Positions 28,901-36,506 of a DNA stretch of 49,190 nt are shown here, one piece after another. The stretch's first letter is position 1; every line of letters starts with the position of its first letter. Location of the stretch: positions 1-49,190 of the forward strand of contig JAFDUB010000001.1 of assembly GCA_019594025.1 (NCBI GenBank). Reading direction: 5' to 3'. The position numbers and the translations under genes are program-made. The DNA comes from Thermoplasmata archaeon. Its GTDB lineage: Archaea; Thermoplasmatota; Thermoplasmata; Halarchaeoplasmatales; Halarchaeoplasmataceae. Under the pieces are notes generated by a model. The model had not been told where the DNA came from, ran no database searches, and was given only the letters and a program-made list of their open reading frames with translations.

Positions 28901-29639
28901 CGTTTACTTTACCCTCCCTAGGTTCGTCCTTTTCTTTTTTCTCGGCAATGGGCATGTACACTTTTTTAGGCTTTTTTTCTTGTCTCTTCTTCTCTTCTTC
29001 TAATTTGGATAAAAGCCCGTTCGCTTTTTCACAAGCGTTTTTGTAATTGTGTAATATAAGCTCCTCTTCTATCTTGTCGATATCTTTCGAGTATTTATCG
29101 AGTGATAGATGGTCTTTTTGCTCTTTCCAGATGTCTTTTATTCCTTCAAAATCCTTATTGGTCTTTTTTAAATATCCTATGTCTCTAAGTATTCCGTAAA
29201 GTCTCTCCCACTCTTTATCGGTTACACCATGGCTTATCTGCCGATGTATATCCTGTAACTCTTTTTCAAAGTAAGCACGGTGATCGTTGACCACCACTCC
29301 CGCTTCAATACCTTTTTGTATTGAATTTTCAACCTTTTCAATCACTTTATTTATATCCTTTTTTTCCTTCTCCTCTTCCTCACAATGGGTGCATGATCCT
29401 TCCGATTCGATAGGTTCACCACAGTTTTCACAAACCTCCATATCTGCTAGTATCTCTTTAACGTCTTCCAATATTCGCCGAGCTGTTTTTGGCCCGATGC
29501 CCTTTACTTTCTTTAGCTCTCCCTCATCAAGCTCCGAAAGGTCCTTTAAGGACTGAACTGCAAGTTCATCCACGATTGTATTAGCGGTGGTTTCTCCTAT
29601 CCCTTTTATCTGTTGAAGATGGTGGATTATTTTTCCCAT
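25926..29639 (-). CDS. Large bitopic membrane protein: cytoplasmic (HhH)2 + zinc ribbon + coiled coil, TM, repeat-rich exodomain, PEF-CTERM-like tail
   Basis: 1237 aa. HhH motifs are IKGIGETTANTIV and VKGIGPKTARRIL, and the zinc ribbon is CENCGEPIESEGSCTHC. A Lys/Glu-rich helical region ends in KTKRRKTERKK, followed by a TM helix (APVALFVITLIIISSFAFFLFY, aa about 281-302). The acidic exodomain has IDG-F-(D/V)-W modules and about 7 W-x-G-x-x-W repeats. The C-terminus is NIPEFTSLGWFIVILLCITIFSLVTKKKE. Confidence 0.85.
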   Translation of the reverse strand: MGKIIHHLQQIKGIGETTANTIVDELAVQSLKDLSELDEGELKKVKGIGPKTARRILEDVKEILADMEVCENCGEPIESEGSCTHCEEEEKEKKDINKVIEKVENSIQKGIEAGVVVNDHRAYFEKELQDIHRQISHGVTDKEWERLYGILRDIGYLKKTNKDFEGIKDIWKEQKDHLSLDKYSKDIDKIEEELILHNYKNACEKANGLLSKLEEEKKRQEKKPKKVYMPIAEKKEKDEPREGKVNGLRARDVEIGGGLVNGRKSAGPVKTKRRKTERKKAPVALFVITLIIISSFAFFLFYSPFEDDERMVIDGDFEDWREIDTYSFQLEEISSSVSIEESAVTTCDERLFFYIRTEEEILVGDEEGNMDSFYFFLNITTDEDQNHYYTPTIKANYLVKVQGWENEIFGAVYQYENRTDQRNWNDWEIIGNIDVAKVENELEFSIPHVTVQDEEDVEIYIVSRDSKGVEAHSDHVIVPGKPSLSIYQHSPVNDHVISPDEDILVLNLTARGDEVTVQDISFNGNFETVEVDVDYPLLVEKNTSIRITVNGTATPDEIITVQVKDVETEAVTTISGEPRSYYFEEVSYEAQIDGVFVEWEDLKEEHSVEYNLPANVDIIEYGYIEEDIFFYVKTRGRVLQGTAIPEGVDVYTPDYEPDPVEPDPVVERISGEDEVIFYIDEDGSGMLYNGSDADRKVVVRGQYGEILYVTSYYNENGEWIEEESEPECAKWYNQLEIYAGGTSFETGLIKTINWEGRGDRVVLSPHRSVRNAEIRDYEELMEEMSEVLISYGIGDGDFEYSWWDGENWGGTEEGQIGGPEIQWLVNRQNPTLEEKIIAVQVEDADGGVHIFANVWNGTDWTGAEPIAMNIGVDSTHRVFDVAYEGLTGQGHIIYYNATADEDEPRSFFNYRTWDRENASWSEEIMYDLARAMCQIDWIETSSSPVSDDIAIFLTAYNTFHFENNHRVGLIWDGNEMIDLQALDDGPVPAMNGEILPSEDITFDNAGNALFVWGRDGSSQLYMRLWRPEEGWGTEFSYDIGGEGRWISVAPDPSGDGMTIAVSYETENSWPLKTLKIEDNNFVDETTHDQDTFTLGNRCFDLLYDSSVQDTVILVWGTEEYGYPVYRRYHEGNWGEIGSITYENVDYPERIQLIQDTRGDIFLVAMMDDTLASWTYNRTEDSWDFQMEHTNILSGIDTSIRLEPFMISPNIPEFTSLGWFIVILLCITIFSLVTKKKE

Positions 29640-29701
29640 GTTCTGGATTTTTTACATGTGAATAATCCTCTAAATAGTTTTTGGAAAATAAGTTCCGATA
29701 A

Positions 29702-31555
29702 ATGAGAAACTTTATTTTGGATGAAATGTTACATGACCTCGGTGTAGATATGCCCACGAATAAAACTAGCAGTGCAGATGGAATTGAATGGAATTTGACA
29801 GATTTTTACGAGTCATTAGACGATCCGAACATCGAGCGGGATTTAAATAAAGCCCTCAAGAGGGCCGATGATTTCGCTGAAAAATATAGAGGGAAGATAG
29901 AAGAGCTGAAGCTCACACCTTCCGAGTTTAAAGAGGCTATGGATGAATATGAAAACATCTACGAACTAATGGCAAAGATAGGGTCCTTTGCTGTACTTTC
30001 ATATTCTGTAGATACGCAGGATCCGGATAGAGGTGCCCTGTACGCCAAGGCTCAGGAAAAATCCAGTGAAGTAAAGAACAAGTTAATATTTTTTCAACTA
30101 GAATGGCAGTCCTTGGATGATGAGAATGCCGATAAATACATGGAATCCGATGAGTTAGATAAGTACTCCAGTTTGATCAGACATTGGAGGAGATATACTC
30201 CCTATATGTTATCCGAGAGAGAGGAGCAGCTGGTGGAATCTTTGCAGAACACGGCCAAGAAGGCGTTCGTAAGGTTATTCGACGAGACCATCGGAGATAT
30301 AGAGGTGCCCATAGAGATCGAAGGTGAGGAGAAAAAGATGGTCCTTGACCAGGCTCTTTCTCTTCTCTTTGAAAATGATCGAGATGTTAGAAAGAAGGCG
30401 AAAGAGGGTGTTACCAAAGCCCTCAAGGATAAGAACAAGCTTTTAACCTTTATTTTCAACAACATCGTCCTCAATCACGATACCATAAGTGAATTTAGAG
30501 ACTATCCCCACCCTATGACACCTAGAAATCTTGATAATCGAGTGGATAAGGATACGGTTGATGCCCTGATGGAGGCCTGCATTAACAATGTGGAGATGGT
30601 ACACAAGTTCTACGAAATAAAGAAGGACCTCCTCGGGTATGATAAACTCTACGATTACGATAGATACAACCCACTACCTGGAGCCCCTTCTGAAATCACT
30701 TTTGAGGAAAGTAAAAAGAAGGTGCTGAACGCCTTCGAACGTTTCTCTCCCCAGATGAGAGAGGTGGCTGAGAAATTCTTTGACAATTCATGGATAGACG
30801 CCCAACTCAAACCCGGAAAAAGAGGTGGTGCCTTCAGTGCTTCCACAGTTCCCTCTGTTCATCCCTACATACTTCTCAACTTCACGGACAAACCCCGCGA
30901 TGCTATGACCATGGCTCATGAGCTGGGACACGGTATCCACCAATATCTGGCTAGGAAGCAGGGTTATCTTCAGCAGAGCACTCCTCTTACCACTGCAGAG
31001 ATGGCCAGCGTGTTTGGAGAGATGCTTTTATTCGATAAAATGCTGGAGGAAGAGGATCCAGAAACGAAATTAGCGCTGATTGGAAACAAACTCCAAAGTG
31101 ATTTCGCTACCGTTTTCAGACAGGTCGTAATGACCCGCTTCGAACTTTCGCTTCATGAAGCTAGAAAAGAAAAAGGTGAATTAAAACCCCAGCAAATTTG
31201 CGAACTATGGCTCGAAGCCAACGAAAAAGAGTTCGGAGAATCTGTTGAACTCACCGACGACTACGGTTGGTGGTGGTCGTACGTTCTTCATTTTGTACAC
31301 TATCCCTTCTACTGCTACGCTTACGCATTTGGAGAACTTTTAGTACTCGCACTATACGGACTTTATAAGGAACAGGGCCAGGAGTTTGTACCTAAATACA
31401 TAGAACTGTTGTCTAGAGGCGGTTCAGAGGATCCAAAAGACCTTTTAGCTGAAATAGGCGTTGATATCACCGACCCCGAGTTCTGGCAGAAGGGCCTATC
31501 GGTTCTTTGGGAACATCTGGATACCATGGAAAACCTTTTAAAAGAAACGGAGTGA
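29702..31555 (+). CDS. pepF: Oligoendopeptidase F (M3 family metallopeptidase)
   Basis: 617 aa with the zinc site HELGHGIH and an M3B-like layout. The true start could be the internal Met (MPTNK...) at 29750. Confidence 0.85.
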   Translation: MRNFILDEMLHDLGVDMPTNKTSSADGIEWNLTDFYESLDDPNIERDLNKALKRADDFAEKYRGKIEELKLTPSEFKEAMDEYENIYELMAKIGSFAVLSYSVDTQDPDRGALYAKAQEKSSEVKNKLIFFQLEWQSLDDENADKYMESDELDKYSSLIRHWRRYTPYMLSEREEQLVESLQNTAKKAFVRLFDETIGDIEVPIEIEGEEKKMVLDQALSLLFENDRDVRKKAKEGVTKALKDKNKLLTFIFNNIVLNHDTISEFRDYPHPMTPRNLDNRVDKDTVDALMEACINNVEMVHKFYEIKKDLLGYDKLYDYDRYNPLPGAPSEITFEESKKKVLNAFERFSPQMREVAEKFFDNSWIDAQLKPGKRGGAFSASTVPSVHPYILLNFTDKPRDAMTMAHELGHGIHQYLARKQGYLQQSTPLTTAEMASVFGEMLLFDKMLEEEDPETKLALIGNKLQSDFATVFRQVVMTRFELSLHEARKEKGELKPQQICELWLEANEKEFGESVELTDDYGWWWSYVLHFVHYPFYCYAYAFGELLVLALYGLYKEQGQEFVPKYIELLSRGGSEDPKDLLAEIGVDITDPEFWQKGLSVLWEHLDTMENLLKETE

Positions 31556-31568
31556 ATCAGCGTAACAC

Positions 31569-31576
31569 TTTAAATA
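31569..31576 (+). promoter_or_regulatory. TATA box (TTTAAATA) for aIF5A
   Basis: Matches the archaeal TATA consensus. It ends 28 nt before the aIF5A ATG, implying a leaderless or very short-leader transcript. Confidence 0.45.
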
Positions 31577-31603
31577 GGAAAACACATACAATAGGTAGAT
31601 AAA

Positions 31604-31993
31604 ATGGCATGGGAACAAAACGAAGTCAGAAATCTCAAGGTCAATCATTATATAATGATCGATGACGAACCTTGCAAGATTAAGAGTATAGATATATCTA
31701 AACCTGGGAAACATGGCGAAGCCAAGGCTAGAATACAGGGTATAGGTATATTCGATAGAAAAAAGCACAGTATGATAAGCCCGGTTACTCATAAAATACG
31801 AGTACCGATAATAGATAAGCGAAAGGGCCAAGTTATCAGTATCCAGGGAAATGAAGTTAAAATAATGGACCTTGAGACCTACGAAACCTTCGGTTTAGCA
31901 GTTGATGACGACGAGATAATGGATAAAGTTGAGCAGGGCCAAGAAGTCGATTATTTGGAAACCGTGGGTAAAAAGAAGATTACAAGGGTGTGA
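31604..31993 (+). CDS. eif5a: Translation initiation factor 5A (aIF5A)
   Basis: 129 aa with the hypusine/deoxyhypusine loop SKPGKHGEAKARI and a C-terminal OB-like domain. It ends ...GKKKITRV with TGA at 31991..31993. Confidence 0.93.
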   Translation: MAWEQNEVRNLKVNHYIMIDDEPCKIKSIDISKPGKHGEAKARIQGIGIFDRKKHSMISPVTHKIRVPIIDKRKGQVISIQGNEVKIMDLETYETFGLAVDDDEIMDKVEQGQEVDYLETVGKKKITRV

Positions 31994-31999
31994 GAGAAA

Positions 32000-32821
32000 A
32001 TAACCGTATTTGCTAGTGCGCGGAGCGACTACGAAGGGGCGGAGTATGTATTTTTAGGAGTCCCCTTCGACAAAACATCCTCTTTTCGTACGGGTACCGC
32101 ACAAGCACCGTCTTCCATACGTAGAGCGTCCTACTGTTTCGAGCCTTATATGATGGAGTATGATGTTGATATAAGTACCATACCACTTCACGACTATGGG
32201 AATTTGGTGGAGTACTCGTTGGAAGATATGGGTTCAACGGTTAGAGGAACAATTATGGATATACTGGAAGACGGTAAGTTTCCTTTGATAGTCGGAGGTG
32301 AACATTCTATAACTCCGCATGTTGTGTCCGCCTATGAAGACGTCAGCGTTTTGATCCTGGACGCTCATCTTGATTACAGAGATACTTATGAAGGTATGAA
32401 GTACAGTCACGCCACAGTTTCAAGAAGAGTTTCAGAACAGATAGCAAATGACTTACTCGTTTGTGGTGTGAGATCTATTTCTTCCGATGAGATTAAAGAA
32501 GGTAATTTACCTAATTATATATCCGCTAAAGAAATAAACTCTATGGGGGAACCTGTTGATAGGGTAGGTGAAAACTTCAAATCCTCTAGAATTTATCTAT
32601 CTATAGATATGGACGTGGTTGACCCCGCCTACGCTCCAGGAGTTGGAAATCCTGAACCATTTGGTCTAAAACCTATCGTTTTGAAGGAAATCATACATAA
32701 ACTAGCCGATAGAATGGTTGGATTCGATATTATGGAGGTATCTCCCACCAACGATGCAGGGGGTATAACTTCGAACCTAGCCGCTAGGTTGATATACGAG
32801 TTTCTCGGCTCTCGAAGGTAG
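32000..32821 (+). CDS. speB: Agmatinase (ureohydrolase family); start codon unresolved
   Basis: The ORF track starts at ATG 32150, but the frame is open from 31994. There it encodes the conserved ureohydrolase N-terminus FASARSDYEGAEYVFLGVPFDKTSSFRTGTAQAPSSIR. Downstream motifs are GGEHSIT, LDAHLDYRD, SIDMDVVDPAYAPG and EVSP. ATA at 32000 is the only near-cognate start. Confidence 0.85.
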   Translation: MTVFASARSDYEGAEYVFLGVPFDKTSSFRTGTAQAPSSIRRASYCFEPYMMEYDVDISTIPLHDYGNLVEYSLEDMGSTVRGTIMDILEDGKFPLIVGGEHSITPHVVSAYEDVSVLILDAHLDYRDTYEGMKYSHATVSRRVSEQIANDLLVCGVRSISSDEIKEGNLPNYISAKEINSMGEPVDRVGENFKSSRIYLSIDMDVVDPAYAPGVGNPEPFGLKPIVLKEIIHKLADRMVGFDIMEVSPTNDAGGITSNLAARLIYEFLGSRR

Positions 32822-32823
32822 AT

Positions 32824-33903
32824 TTAGTAAACGTTTTGGATTTTCTTCACCTTTTTATCCGGAACCACCAAGTGCTTTGATTTTATACCAGTAGCTACCA
32901 GCATCACTCGCAAGGTATTTTCCAGTTCAGGCTTGATGTTGCATCCCCATATTATATGCGCATCGGGACTGACAACCCTTTCTATCTCCTCGGCCACCAT
33001 TTCAGCTTCTCGGATCGTCATGCTGCTGCCGCCGGTGACGTTGATGAGAGCTCCTTTGGCTCCACTGATATCTACATCCAATAAGGGGGAGTTAATCGCT
33101 TCTTCAATTGCTTCGAGAGCTCTATTATCTCCCGATGCTGAAGATTCACCCATACCTACCATGGCCATCCCAGCGCTCTGCATTACCGTCTTCAGATCGT
33201 TGTAGTCCAAGTTCACAAGTCCGGGTTTTGTGATCATCTCTGTCAGACCCTTAATTGAACGCATCAGTATTTCATCGGCGATCTTGAAAGCTTTGTTCAA
33301 GGATAATCTTGGGAACAGTTCAACCAGTTTATCGTTCGGTATTATTATCACCGTATCGGTGAGATTCTTCATCTGTTGGATTCCCCATACCGCGTTCTTT
33401 TCTCTTGATTTTCCTTCGGAAGAAAATGGTTTCGTCATAACCGCTATGGTTAAAGCTCCTTTTTCCTTCGCCATTCTTGCTATCGGTGCGATTGAACCGG
33501 TTCCGGTACCTCCTCCTAAACCGCAGGTAAGAAAAACAATATCTGCACCTTCTAGTATCGGTTCGAAGTTATCGATAGCTTCTTCAGCTGCTTTTTCACC
33601 TATCTCTGGTTTAGAACCTGCACCAAGACCACGGGTTAGGTTACGACCCATCAGTACCTTTCGATCGGCGTGTACACTCAAAAGGTGCTGGGCATCTGTG
33701 TTGGCCGCTACAAGGGCGGCACCTTTTACACCTTCTTCGGCAATTCGATTTAACGTGTTTCCTCCGGCTCCACCGAGACCAACTATCACTATCTTGGTCT
33801 TGAGACCCTTTAGAACCTCAACTAGTTCTTCATCCATATCTTGGTCCGAAAAAACCTCTTTTTTATCATCATCTTTTAGGGCGTTCTTTATGAGGGAGTC
33901 CAT
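32824..33903 (-). CDS. ftsZ: Cell division protein FtsZ (FtsZ1-like)
   Basis: 359 aa with IVGLGGAGGNTLNRI, NTDAQHL and the tubulin signature GLGGGTGTGS. Confidence 0.93.
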   Translation of the reverse strand: MDSLIKNALKDDDKKEVFSDQDMDEELVEVLKGLKTKIVIVGLGGAGGNTLNRIAEEGVKGAALVAANTDAQHLLSVHADRKVLMGRNLTRGLGAGSKPEIGEKAAEEAIDNFEPILEGADIVFLTCGLGGGTGTGSIAPIARMAKEKGALTIAVMTKPFSSEGKSREKNAVWGIQQMKNLTDTVIIIPNDKLVELFPRLSLNKAFKIADEILMRSIKGLTEMITKPGLVNLDYNDLKTVMQSAGMAMVGMGESSASGDNRALEAIEEAINSPLLDVDISGAKGALINVTGGSSMTIREAEMVAEEIERVVSPDAHIIWGCNIKPELENTLRVMLVATGIKSKHLVVPDKKVKKIQNVY

Positions 33904-33997
33904 GATTCTATTCTCTCCTTTAATTTTATTAATTCGGTGTATGATTTGAAGCCTTTATAATGTTTATGGGTAGTTCTATAATTAATCCACCCTAAAG

Positions 33998-34004
33998 AAA
34001 AAAA
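33998..34004 (-). terminator. Oligo-T (T7 on the minus strand) after the P1 gene
   Basis: An A7 run on the plus strand lies 22-28 nt downstream of the P1 stop. Archaeal intrinsic terminators are oligo-T tracts. Confidence 0.4.
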
Positions 34005-34025
34005 GATTGAGAGGAAAAAGTTCCC

Positions 34026-34337
34026 TCAGAAAAGAGAACCTAGTCCTGCTGCCGCTTCTTCTTTTTCCTGCTCTTCGTCTCTTTCTTCTTCCTCTTCTTC
34101 TTCCTCTTCTTCTTCGGCTGCCTCTGCAGCAGGTGTTGCCGCGACTCCGGCAGAAGGCATTGCGATACCCTCTTCTATTGCCGCCTCGATATCTACGTCT
34201 TCAAGGCATGCGGTGAGGGCTTTTATCCTGGATTCGTCCGGCTCTATACCGGCCGCATCAAGGATTCCTGCAATTCCTTCTTCGTTGATCTCTTTACCCG
34301 CGGAGTGAAGCACCAAAGCGCTGTATATATATTCCAT
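34026..34337 (-). CDS. rpl12: 50S ribosomal stalk protein P1 (aL12)
   Basis: The N-terminus is [22 protein letters not shown]. It has an Ala/Glu-rich hinge and a GLGSLF C-terminus. Confidence 0.92.
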   Translation of the reverse strand: MEYIYSALVLHSAGKEINEEGIAGILDAAGIEPDESRIKALTACLEDVDIEAAIEEGIAMPSAGVAATPAAEAAEEEEEEEEEEERDEEQEKEEAAAGLGSLF

Positions 34338-34356
34338 ATTCTATGCCTCCTTGAAT

Positions 34357-35277
34357 CTAATTTTTATCCTTCTGTTTTTCTTTCGGTTGTTCTAGTCCTA
34401 ACTTTTCTATCAGTTCACTTCCAAGCACGTCCGGATCGATTTTTGCCGCTAAACTCAGCAAATCTCGATGAGCTTGGGAAAGTTTCAGCTTGACGGTTTC
34501 GTCTACTATTATATCCGTATTGAATGCTAATGAGAAAGCGTCTCTGTGAGCCTTCATTATAAGAGGTTCGATGTTCAAAGACGTTGGATAAGCTGCGTTT
34601 ACGGAAAGGTTGAAAGCCGATTGAGCCGCCTTTTTGATACCATCGAAATACCTCTGTGTATCTATATCAAGGGTATCACTATCGAAGAATGTTCCCTCTT
34701 CATATGCGATTTTCAAATCGAGTCCTACAGTGATGGGATTAATATCAAGCCGGGTAAGCATCTTTGCAAGGTCGGAGGATATTTCCTCCCCTTTCTTTGC
34801 CACCACTTTCGTTTTGTTGATTTTTACCTTACCACTTTGAATCGAAGCAGGTATACCTGCCTTCTGTAGGTCTCCTACGATGGGCCCCGGCTTGAAAGGA
34901 GTATCTCCCCTTTCTACCTTTATATTCTCCGGAGCTATGTCGCCACCCCGGGCGGGAGCCTTGGTTTTGGTCGCTTCCATTCGTTTGTACAATTTGAACG
35001 GATTTAAGTCTGTGGTAACAAGTGCGGTCTGACCGCTTAAATATCCTTTTAACTTCGTTATACCTTCTCTTTCCGATGAAATTGCGTCTAAAGCACGTTC
35101 TATCAGGGTATTCCGGGATACGATGAGATTCACTGAACCTCTCAATCGCGCTCTCATCTGCTGCATCTGAAATGAGGGTATATTTTCTATATCCACTACC
35201 GCTACAACAGGACTCACTTTGAGAAGCTTGGTCAACCGCTCGACTTCTTCCTTTTTCCATGATGGTACCGTAACCAT
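34357..35277 (-). CDS. rplP0: 50S ribosomal protein uL10 (P0)
   Basis: 306 aa containing PSWKKEEVERLTKLLKVSPVVAVVDIENIPSFQMQQMRARLRG, typical of archaeal P0. It lies between uL1 and P1. Confidence 0.92.
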   Translation of the reverse strand: MVTVPSWKKEEVERLTKLLKVSPVVAVVDIENIPSFQMQQMRARLRGSVNLIVSRNTLIERALDAISSEREGITKLKGYLSGQTALVTTDLNPFKLYKRMEATKTKAPARGGDIAPENIKVERGDTPFKPGPIVGDLQKAGIPASIQSGKVKINKTKVVAKKGEEISSDLAKMLTRLDINPITVGLDLKIAYEEGTFFDSDTLDIDTQRYFDGIKKAAQSAFNLSVNAAYPTSLNIEPLIMKAHRDAFSLAFNTDIIVDETVKLKLSQAHRDLLSLAAKIDPDVLGSELIEKLGLEQPKEKQKDKN

Positions 35278-35286
35278 GTTATCCCC

Positions 35287-35925
35287 TCACATCAACCTCA
35301 CTGCCGGACCCATAGTGGTCTTAAGGTAGATACTGTCTATGTTCATTCGTCCTCTTTCGAGTTCTCCTATTACCCTTCTAATTACGGTGTCGATGTTGTC
35401 CGCTATATCTTCTGTATCCATATCCGCTGTGCCCACTGGTGCGTGGAATGTTCTTTTATCCTTGGAACGGACTAGAATGGTATTTCTTAGAGAATTGATT
35501 GTGTCGTTTATGTCCATGTTAGGTGTTATAGGTGTAGGCATTTTACCTTTTGGTCCCAGGATAGCACCCATTCCTTTACCTATTACCGGCATTAGTTTTG
35601 GTTCAGCTAAGAAGAACTGATGCTCTTCAGCCAACAATCTTGCTTCTTTTTTATCTTCCATAAGCTCGTTTAATTCATCTGGTTCGATAACTGTGTCTGC
35701 GGATTCTTTCGCCTTTAAAGCTATGTCTCCCGAACCAAAAACTCCGACTTTGATCTCTTTGCCCCTACCGTGTGGTAAAAGAATCTCTTCATTTACCCTT
35801 TTATCCGGTACGCTTAGGTCTATGTCCCTTAGATTAATCGCAAGTTCAAGACTCTCTGTAAAGTTTCTCGATGGAGCCCTTTCAAGAGTCTTCTTTACCG
35901 CTTTTAATATGTCTTTGTCTGCCAC
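35287..35925 (-). CDS. rpl1: 50S ribosomal protein uL1
   Basis: 212 aa with a GTG start preceded by GGAGGT. Typical blocks are FTESLELAINLRDIDL, LPHGRGKE and GPKGKMP. Confidence 0.93.
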   Translation of the reverse strand: MADKDILKAVKKTLERAPSRNFTESLELAINLRDIDLSVPDKRVNEEILLPHGRGKEIKVGVFGSGDIALKAKESADTVIEPDELNELMEDKKEARLLAEEHQFFLAEPKLMPVIGKGMGAILGPKGKMPTPITPNMDINDTINSLRNTILVRSKDKRTFHAPVGTADMDTEDIADNIDTVIRRVIGELERGRMNIDSIYLKTTMGPAVRLM

Positions 35926-35935
35926 GTGATTACCT

Positions 35936-35999
35936 CCTGTAGTACCAACGGCGTTTTCCCGACGACCTATCGGCCGTAACTAGGAAAACCTCCTACAGG
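35936..35999 (-). promoter_or_regulatory. Structured 5' leader of the uL1-P0-P1 operon (three nested stems)
   Basis: Complementary arms were read directly. Plus-strand 35936-42 CCTGTAG pairs with 35993-99 CTACAGG. 35953-59 GTTTTCC pairs with 35983-89 GGAAAAC. 35962-67 pairs with 35972-77, with one G-U in the RNA and a 4-nt loop. The outer stem overlaps the Shine-Dalgarno sequence. Confidence 0.45.
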
Positions 36000-36022
36000 T
36001 GAAAGGAACCAAAGGGGATAGA

Positions 36023-36030
36023 TATATAAA
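36023..36030 (-). promoter_or_regulatory. TATA box (TTTATATA on the minus strand) for the uL1 operon
   Basis: Exact archaeal TATA consensus. The predicted TSS, about 25 nt downstream, falls at the 5' edge of the leader hairpin. Confidence 0.5.
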
Positions 36031-36086
36031 CATTTTGGAACCTAAACAGCCCTATTCCCGACCCCCGTTTGCTTAAAATATTTTTC

Positions 36087-36506
36087 CTAAATTACACGAA
36101 TACCGTGGTTCCTTGATACTTTCAACCTTGCCCTTTGTATGAATTTCGGCAAACCCTCTACGTCTTTGACCTCTTTCTTTACGTATTTGATAATCTCTTT
36201 ACGGTATTCCATATGACAAGTGATCTCATTTGCCTCGCAGGCCTTTTTTATCTTATAAGCAAGCCTACCGCCTGTTTTATCCCAGTCGGTCATCACGATA
36301 ACTTCTTCGTGTTTACCTCTCAATCCTTCAATTATATGAAAAACGGAGCGTCTTTTTTTTATCCTGATTATTTTTCCCGAAAAGTCCAATCGACGGAGTG
36401 CGGCTACGTCTTTTTTACCTTCTACGATTATAGGGACGGTCTTATTCATTTTACGTATATCCTCCAAAACCGTGGTGACTCCTTCAAGCTGTTCCTTTAT
36501 TCTCAT
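36087..36506 (-). CDS. Small Toprim-domain protein (UPF0292 / RNase M5-like fold)
   Basis: 139 aa with Toprim motifs IIVEGKKD (catalytic Glu) and MTDWDKTG (DxD). It overlaps the upstream DUF167 gene by 4 nt. Confidence 0.7.
   Translation of the reverse strand: MRIKEQLEGVTTVLEDIRKMNKTVPIIVEGKKDVAALRRLDFSGKIIRIKKRRSVFHIIEGLRGKHEEVIVMTDWDKTGGRLAYKIKKACEANEITCHMEYRKEIIKYVKKEVKDVEGLPKFIQRARLKVSRNHGIRVI

Noticed and set aside
31991-31993. The idea that TGA is reassigned genome-wide (to Trp or Gly) or encodes selenocysteine at the aIF5A-agmatinase junction.
   Set aside because: TGA terminates aEF-2 (136..138) and uS7 (2351..2353) at their natural C-termini, so the standard code applies. aIF5A also ends at its expected length. 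Nothing about the junction suggests a functional Sec site. Local readthrough or a non-canonical start remain the open options.
34040-34130. Simple CTT/CTC-rich repeat tract that could be mistaken for a microsatellite or repeat array. It also produces the plus-strand ORF 34007..34216 with poly-Leu/Pro.
   Set aside because: It is the antisense of the Glu/Ala-rich acidic hinge of ribosomal stalk protein P1 (...[21 protein letters not shown]...), a normal feature of that protein.
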